A DNA stretch of 64,000 nt, from the IMG/VR virus record IMGVR_UViG_3300007754_000852; one strand, given 5' to 3'. Shown one piece after another: positions 59,017-64,000 of this stretch (position 1 is the first letter of the stretch; every line of letters begins with the position of its first letter). Origin of the DNA: a virus. Taxonomy: Duplodnaviria; Caudoviricetes. Position numbers and translations under genes: made by a program. The notes under the pieces are model-generated. The model saw only the letters and a program-made list of their open reading frames with translations, had not been told where the DNA came from and made no database searches.

Positions 59017-59594
59017 ATGTTTCTCTCAAAATAAAACTTTGGATCTTTATCATAATCAGAAAATGATTTCGCTGTTATATCTTTTTCTGATAGTATTAAA
59101 TCATTAACATCTAAACCCCAGTCAACATTAAGGCTGGCATCTAGCGGATTTATTCCGCTTTCTCCATCCTGATTATACACTGCTGTGCACTTATAATGAA
59201 GAACTGTGTTATCTTCAAGAGAGACTATTCCATGAGCAAATCCATGTGGAACCCATAGCTCCTTTTTGTTTTCTGATGTTAGCATAAATGATTCATGTAT
59301 ACCGTATGTTGGACTACCTTTTCTTATATCAACTATCACGTCCATGATTGCACCATTGGCAACTTTTACAAATTTTCCCATTGGACCATCCCATTGATAA
59401 TGTAGACCTCTTATGACGCCTTTTTTTGAAATGGAAAAGTTATCTTGAACAAATGTCTCATAAAACTCAACATCCTTAAACGTATCTTCATTGTATGATT
59501 CATAAAAACACCCTCTGTGATCATGAAAAATCTTTGGTGTAAACACAAAAACATCATTAAAATTTTTACTTTTTTCCTTTGTTATCTTTTTCAC
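59013..59594 (-). CDS. rmlC: dTDP-4-dehydrorhamnose 3,5-epimerase family cupin
   Basis: DHRGCFYESY, VQDNFSISKKGVIRGLHYQ, LWVPHGFAHG, ILSEKD. Confidence 0.9.
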   Translation of the reverse strand: MKKITKEKSKNFNDVFVFTPKIFHDHRGCFYESYNEDTFKDVEFYETFVQDNFSISKKGVIRGLHYQWDGPMGKFVKVANGAIMDVIVDIRKGSPTYGIHESFMLTSENKKELWVPHGFAHGIVSLEDNTVLHYKCTAVYNQDGESGINPLDASLNVDWGLDVNDLILSEKDITAKSFSDYDKDPKFYFERNI

Positions 59595-60061
59595 TCAAGC
59601 TCCATCTTCATTTCAATTCTTTTAATTTTTTTATTGCCACGGATCACGGGATATGTTTTGTTATTCGTTCTCTTAAAGCCAACCTTTTCGTAAAGAGATA
59701 TCGCCCTATTGTTAAATTCCAAAACATATAGGATAAACGTTCTAAATCCAAATCTTTCTAGCATAAGCTTCATAAATTCAGGATATGCCTTTTTTGCTAT
59801 TCCCTTTCCCCTGTGATCTTTGTGTATATCACATCCAATAAATACACTATTCTCATCTATATTCCACCTTGACGTTCTAAAGTATCCTACATCTTCATCA
59901 GCGTAGCTTAAAATATAGAATTTTGGACTATTAGCCTTAAACCACTCACAACATTGATCAACAGTAAATCTTGTATCGTCATCAAGAAAATCAGCGCATT
60001 CATTTCTTATTCCAATAAAGAATTCTAAGTCATTCTCGCTCATTTTTCTAAATGTTATCAT
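59591..60061 (-). CDS. GNAT N-acetyltransferase
   Basis: IHKDHRGKGIA acetyl-CoA motif A, NNRAISLYEKVGF. Confidence 0.85.
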   Translation of the reverse strand: MITFRKMSENDLEFFIGIRNECADFLDDDTRFTVDQCCEWFKANSPKFYILSYADEDVGYFRTSRWNIDENSVFIGCDIHKDHRGKGIAKKAYPEFMKLMLERFGFRTFILYVLEFNNRAISLYEKVGFKRTNNKTYPVIRGNKKIKRIEMKMELE

Positions 60062-60781
60062 CTATTGATCTTCTATCTTAGAAAGAAACCCTCTAGCTCT
60101 TACAAGATTTATAGTTGATATCTGTCTCATCTCTGCCCAGTCTCTATCATTAACTGATACAGAGTTTATGTTATACCTGTAACATACCTTGTCAATATAT
60201 TTTCTTTTACCTGATACATTTAAAAGAGGTAACATTAGTGCCTGATCATATCCTCTCTTAAACCATTCTGAGCTTTCGTCTTTAAAATTTCTATCAGATA
60301 TTTTTTTTAATAGGCTGCATTTAAATGTTCTAAGGTGAGAGCTACACCATGGCCAAAAATATGGATCCACGTTATCTGGCATACTACTAGATATATTACT
60401 TCCATTTATATCCCACTCATGAGCTGTCCAAACAACATCGCACCCATCACTATGCTCATCATGAATAATAGATGATGTATCATCATTACATAAAAAATCG
60501 TCACCGTCAATAGTTGCAACTATCACATCGCTGCTTATATTCTGAAACAGCCTAGCAGTTTCAACTATGTTTCTTAGGGCGTATTTTTTAACCGAATTTT
60601 TTCTACACGTAAATCTCTGATCATGTGTGCAAATTTCTACCATCTTTTTCCACGTATTATCTGTTGACATGTCATCAACCATGATACAATGCCACCTATC
60701 GTCAGACTGTGATGACAGTGATGATGCAAGCCTGTCAAGATTTTTTTCTGCATTGAAGCACGGTACAACAAAAATTATCAT
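60062..60781 (-). CDS. GT2-family glycosyltransferase
   Basis: VVPCFNA, MVDDMSTDNT, TIDGDD. Confidence 0.87.
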   Translation of the reverse strand: MIIFVVPCFNAEKNLDRLASSLSSQSDDRWHCIMVDDMSTDNTWKKMVEICTHDQRFTCRKNSVKKYALRNIVETARLFQNISSDVIVATIDGDDFLCNDDTSSIIHDEHSDGCDVVWTAHEWDINGSNISSSMPDNVDPYFWPWCSSHLRTFKCSLLKKISDRNFKDESSEWFKRGYDQALMLPLLNVSGKRKYIDKVCYRYNINSVSVNDRDWAEMRQISTINLVRARGFLSKIEDQ

Positions 60782-62706
60782 TTTTTATCAGCCCACTTAT
60801 TTATAATTTTTGGTGAACCCTGTTTCAATGTCATATGAGGTGTCTTCATTGAAAAATCAACTTTCCTATGAAATATCCAGCCTCCCATTTCATCACTTAG
60901 TCGACTTGCAAGATTTTTGATATCATCATCAGAGACGTCAGACCAACACTTATCAAAAAACATATTATTTTCAGGTGTGTCATTCTGACTGATGTTATAT
61001 AGACTTTGCCAGTGTTTCGACCAATAATTTTTATATGTCCTTATCTTTCTTTCAAGATCATACCAGGAGTAGTGATGAACGCCTGGCAGGTTGTTTGTAA
61101 TTCCTTGAAACCATTCAGCGTATTTCTGAAGAGAGTTGTCATCTGTAAAAATCTGATTTCTTAAGCTCTCTATCTCAGGAGTGTAGAAATTAGCAAATTC
61201 AACTCTTTCAAATGTATCACTTCTAATATAGTCACATCCATCAGTTCCAGGAAGCGAGTACATGTCACCATTTTCATCAAATTTTCTTAATTGCTTTGGT
61301 ACACCGTGAGTTATGTGCGGCTTATTTCTGCTAAACCTCCACTTCCACGGGTTTATATCAACCCTTACCTTGTTTGGTCCTCCCCAGTACTCAATGACCG
61401 GTAGTGCTAGCAGGTCAATATTTTTAGGAAGAATCTTTGAAAGATTCTTAACCTTCTCGTAATCATCCTCATGAACTATCTCATCTGAGTCTTGTTGCCA
61501 GCAAAACTCTCCAGTACATAGAACTCTAGCTAGGGCTTTTTGCAGCCCATCAAATACAGCAAATCTTGGATGATCCCAATCCCTCACATGCTGGTGTGCC
61601 AATAGCCTTTCGTGGGACTCTGTCAGCTTCTGTAGCCTCTCCCATGTACCGTCCTTGGAACCACCATCAACAACAACAACCTGGTCACAGAAGTCAAGCA
61701 TTGACAATATGCTTTCCTCAAATGGATATCTCTGATCTATACAATTTAATGTTGTTGTATATCCGCTTATTGTCGGAACGTAGTTTATTATCTTCTCTAT
61801 CTCTGTCCAAAATCTTCCTCTTGCAGACATTAGATAGTTTTCAACTAGACCAATATTATCTGTCTTAAACCACTCCTCGTGAACGTGTTGAACATTTTCA
61901 TTTGTTATTATCTGACAACCTAGCAGCTTTGCCTCTATCACGAGACGTGGACATGTGTCACCACCCTTTGGCAGGAATACTAGACACTTTGACACAGACA
62001 GCTTCTTTAAGAGGTCACTGTGAGAAAGGTTCCACACTGTCTCAAAATCATAATTATTTTTTTTACAAAAGGCCTCAGCATCCTGTGTTCCTTTTATCCA
62101 AGATGTTGACCCTACAACAATGTACTTTTCTCTTTTTTCATCCTTTGATTCATCTCGAAGGCGCCTTACAGTATCAAAAAATGATTTCTGAAAAACTGAT
62201 GACAGAACGGTATTTTTTATATTTGATAAAAATGGGAATGCCTTGTGGTATATCATCATTTGCTTCTTGGACATCCACCATAGAGACTTTGCCCCATAAT
62301 AAAATGCTGACACCATCTTTCCATGCATCTGATTATGACAGTCACATTCCTTATTTTCAGCCTGCATGTGTTTTTCAATTGATCTATATTTACAATACTT
62401 GTAATCGAATTCAACTATTGAATAGTTCAAATTTGCAACAACTGTAGGAATAAGATTCCAGTTAATTGATGAAAAATTTCCAAATATCCAGTGCTTTCTT
62501 AATCCTTGTGACAGTAGCTCAGGTGTAACCTTATTAGCATGAAGTCTAAAAACCTTAAGAGGTGAAGCGTCAATTATCGCATCTGTTGTCAGCTCAGCAC
62601 CACCAACATGATCCTTTGAAAACATGTCACCGACAAATACGACATCACAGTCATCTGGTATCTGTGGTGCGGGCTCAGGAACCTCAAACACACTTTGATT
62701 AAACAT
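60778..62706 (-). CDS. Two-domain glycosyltransferase (GT-B-like N-terminus + GT2 C-terminus)
   Basis: N-half: KGT..A, DTCPRLVIEAKLLGC. C-half: QVVVVDGGSKDGT, WQQDSDE, HYSW...KI. Confidence 0.75.
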   Translation of the reverse strand: MFNQSVFEVPEPAPQIPDDCDVVFVGDMFSKDHVGGAELTTDAIIDASPLKVFRLHANKVTPELLSQGLRKHWIFGNFSSINWNLIPTVVANLNYSIVEFDYKYCKYRSIEKHMQAENKECDCHNQMHGKMVSAFYYGAKSLWWMSKKQMMIYHKAFPFLSNIKNTVLSSVFQKSFFDTVRRLRDESKDEKREKYIVVGSTSWIKGTQDAEAFCKKNNYDFETVWNLSHSDLLKKLSVSKCLVFLPKGGDTCPRLVIEAKLLGCQIITNENVQHVHEEWFKTDNIGLVENYLMSARGRFWTEIEKIINYVPTISGYTTTLNCIDQRYPFEESILSMLDFCDQVVVVDGGSKDGTWERLQKLTESHERLLAHQHVRDWDHPRFAVFDGLQKALARVLCTGEFCWQQDSDEIVHEDDYEKVKNLSKILPKNIDLLALPVIEYWGGPNKVRVDINPWKWRFSRNKPHITHGVPKQLRKFDENGDMYSLPGTDGCDYIRSDTFERVEFANFYTPEIESLRNQIFTDDNSLQKYAEWFQGITNNLPGVHHYSWYDLERKIRTYKNYWSKHWQSLYNISQNDTPENNMFFDKCWSDVSDDDIKNLASRLSDEMGGWIFHRKVDFSMKTPHMTLKQGSPKIINKWADKK

Positions 62707-62764
62707 CTATAACACTCCAATAAGAAATTTTACTAACTCTATTGATGAAGTTTATAGAATTATT

Positions 62765-64000
62765 TTAACCCGCGTGATACGTGCATGCTATTAGCTTTGT
62801 AGCTCCAGGTTCCTGCGACCAGTTAACTAAATCTGACGACTTGGCAACTGTATAGTTGTGCATTAAGTCATCATCTTGCTTCATTCCATGACCTGGAGTG
62901 CTTGATGAGCAGATAAAATCACCAATTGAAATATCTCCACCCTCTGCACAAACAAGTATATGACCATCACCAATTGCAAAGATAGAGTGTCTATCTTTAT
63001 TATCTGCCTTATCTTTCATGCTTACATTATAAACACCTAAAACAGAGGGATCTTTTGCTGATGTTGTCTGACTGCACACATAGTCAACAGACTTATTTCC
63101 TTCAACTGTAGACGTTGAAGAAGTTTTTATAATTGTGCCATAAGGATATTCATCTTGTGGAACTACATTAGCATCTTCGATATATACCGGATGGGCACCG
63201 GTAAAAGCATTATATGCAACAGTAGTAGAGCTAAAGTCTATGTCGCCAATACTTGTGCCATTGCCGTCCGCAAATTGAATAAGTGTACCTGTTCCTGATG
63301 TGTCTTGTCCACATTTGATGTATATTCCATACCTAGTTGCACCATTTCCATCATTTTCAAATCTTGCAACATAACCAGCAGCTCGATTTTCAGCTACATG
63401 TAACGGTGCATTAGGTGTGATCGAGTTGTCAGTTGTGTTAATACCGACATATCCATTGTGTGTAATTCTCATCCACTCATGAGACGTTGTGTCGTCTGGA
63501 TCTTCCTGTGTAGTTGTTCCAAACACAAGATAGCCTGATTTTTCAAGAGTAGAATGTGCGGCATTTGCATATCCAGCAATATACGCAGATGCTTCCAATA
63601 TAGAGCTTGGAACATTACCGTCTGAAGAATCAAATCCAATTCCTCCAAGAAGATTATTTGCTATTGTTGTTGCATCATCTCTTACAATCAACAGTCCATC
63701 ATCGCCGTCGGCACCGGTGTGACTAATTTGCACAATGTTCATTGGAGAGCTTTCATTTATTCCAATTTTATTTTTGCCAGAATCTACAAACATCATGTGA
63801 CTATTTGTATCAGACTCAACTCTAAAATCATTTGTAATATGACCATCTTCATTGAAGACTACACCAGTACTGTCAATTGTTATTGCAACATCATTAACAT
63901 TGGCTAGCCTTGTTACAAATGCTGTTTCGCCTTTATTGACATATAATTCGTTTGCGCTAGCATCTATAAACAGTGCCTCATCTTCTGTATCAGACTCAAC
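62765..64000 (-). CDS. Tail fibre protein with probable C-terminal intramolecular chaperone; 5' end outside the window
   Basis: The frame is open to base 64000 (...VESDTEDEALFIDASAN...). KIGIN / VGIN...PNAPLHV fibre repeats. C-terminus GDGHILV...GDISIGDFICSS...GHGMKQ...VAK resembles Peptidase_G2-type chaperones. Confidence 0.75.
   Translation of the reverse strand, partial: VESDTEDEALFIDASANELYVNKGETAFVTRLANVNDVAITIDSTGVVFNEDGHITNDFRVESDTNSHMMFVDSGKNKIGINESSPMNIVQISHTGADGDDGLLIVRDDATTIANNLLGGIGFDSSDGNVPSSILEASAYIAGYANAAHSTLEKSGYLVFGTTTQEDPDDTTSHEWMRITHNGYVGINTTDNSITPNAPLHVAENRAAGYVARFENDGNGATRYGIYIKCGQDTSGTGTLIQFADGNGTSIGDIDFSSTTVAYNAFTGAHPVYIEDANVVPQDEYPYGTIIKTSSTSTVEGNKSVDYVCSQTTSAKDPSVLGVYNVSMKDKADNKDRHSIFAIGDGHILVCAEGGDISIGDFICSSSTPGHGMKQDDDLMHNYTVAKSSDLVNWSQEPGATKLIACTYHAG

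Noticed and set aside
33820-62706. Host O-antigen/capsule locus or serotype-conversion cassette
   Set aside because: No Wzx, Wzy, Wzz, ABC exporter, WecA/WbaP or GtrAB; the flanks are phage virion genes.
33820-62706. DNA hypermodification as the main role of the island
   Set aside because: No thymidylate synthase/hydroxymethylase, TET/JBP or nucleotide kinase in the window, and the sugar diversity exceeds known DNA glycosylation. Not fully excluded without the rest of the genome.
255-63907. Dozens of short plus-strand ORFs and short nested minus-strand ORFs in the track
   Set aside because: All overlap long, motif-bearing minus-strand genes and show no recognisable motifs, so they are shadow frames.
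1-64000. Stop-codon reassignment, as seen in some jumbo phages
   Set aside because: Genes are full length and tightly packed in code 11; TAA, TAG and TGA all end genes at sensible boundaries.

Overview
This window looks like part of a large, uncultured myovirus-like tailed phage genome (jumbo-type). All ~54 credible genes lie on the minus strand, tightly packed, in the standard code, and many have Shine-Dalgarno motifs. Transcription runs right to left. (1) 62.8-64 kb: a partial tail-fibre gene. (2) 33.8-62.7 kb: a ~29-kb glycan island with about 11 glycosyltransferase-like genes and a nonulosonic-acid module (short NeuB, NeuA, HAD phosphatase, two oxidoreductases). The island also carries a probable GDP-colitose route (Gmd, ColD-type His enzyme, Fcl/ColC), a second Gmd, a Ugd, an amino-sugar module, a carbamoyltransferase, a deacetylase, methyltransferases and a B12 radical SAM enzyme, but no flippase, polymerase or lipid-carrier transferase. 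(3) 32.4-33.8 kb: a sigma factor and two small genes. (4) 3.5-32.4 kb: gp5-, gp25- and gp6-like baseplate genes and about a dozen mostly large probable virion proteins. (5) 1-3.5 kb: RuvC-like resolvase, primase and a partial Mre11-Rad50 fusion missed by the ORF track. The most interesting signals are four: a 62-bp perfect identity tract shared by two otherwise diverged gmd genes, which flanks a 6.25-kb glycan-tailoring cassette; the soluble glycosylation island itself; a strong (S/T)-G-S enrichment confined to six virion proteins, a candidate glycosylation sequon; and a structural gene that seems to start at ATC. Product names come from motif recognition, not database searches.
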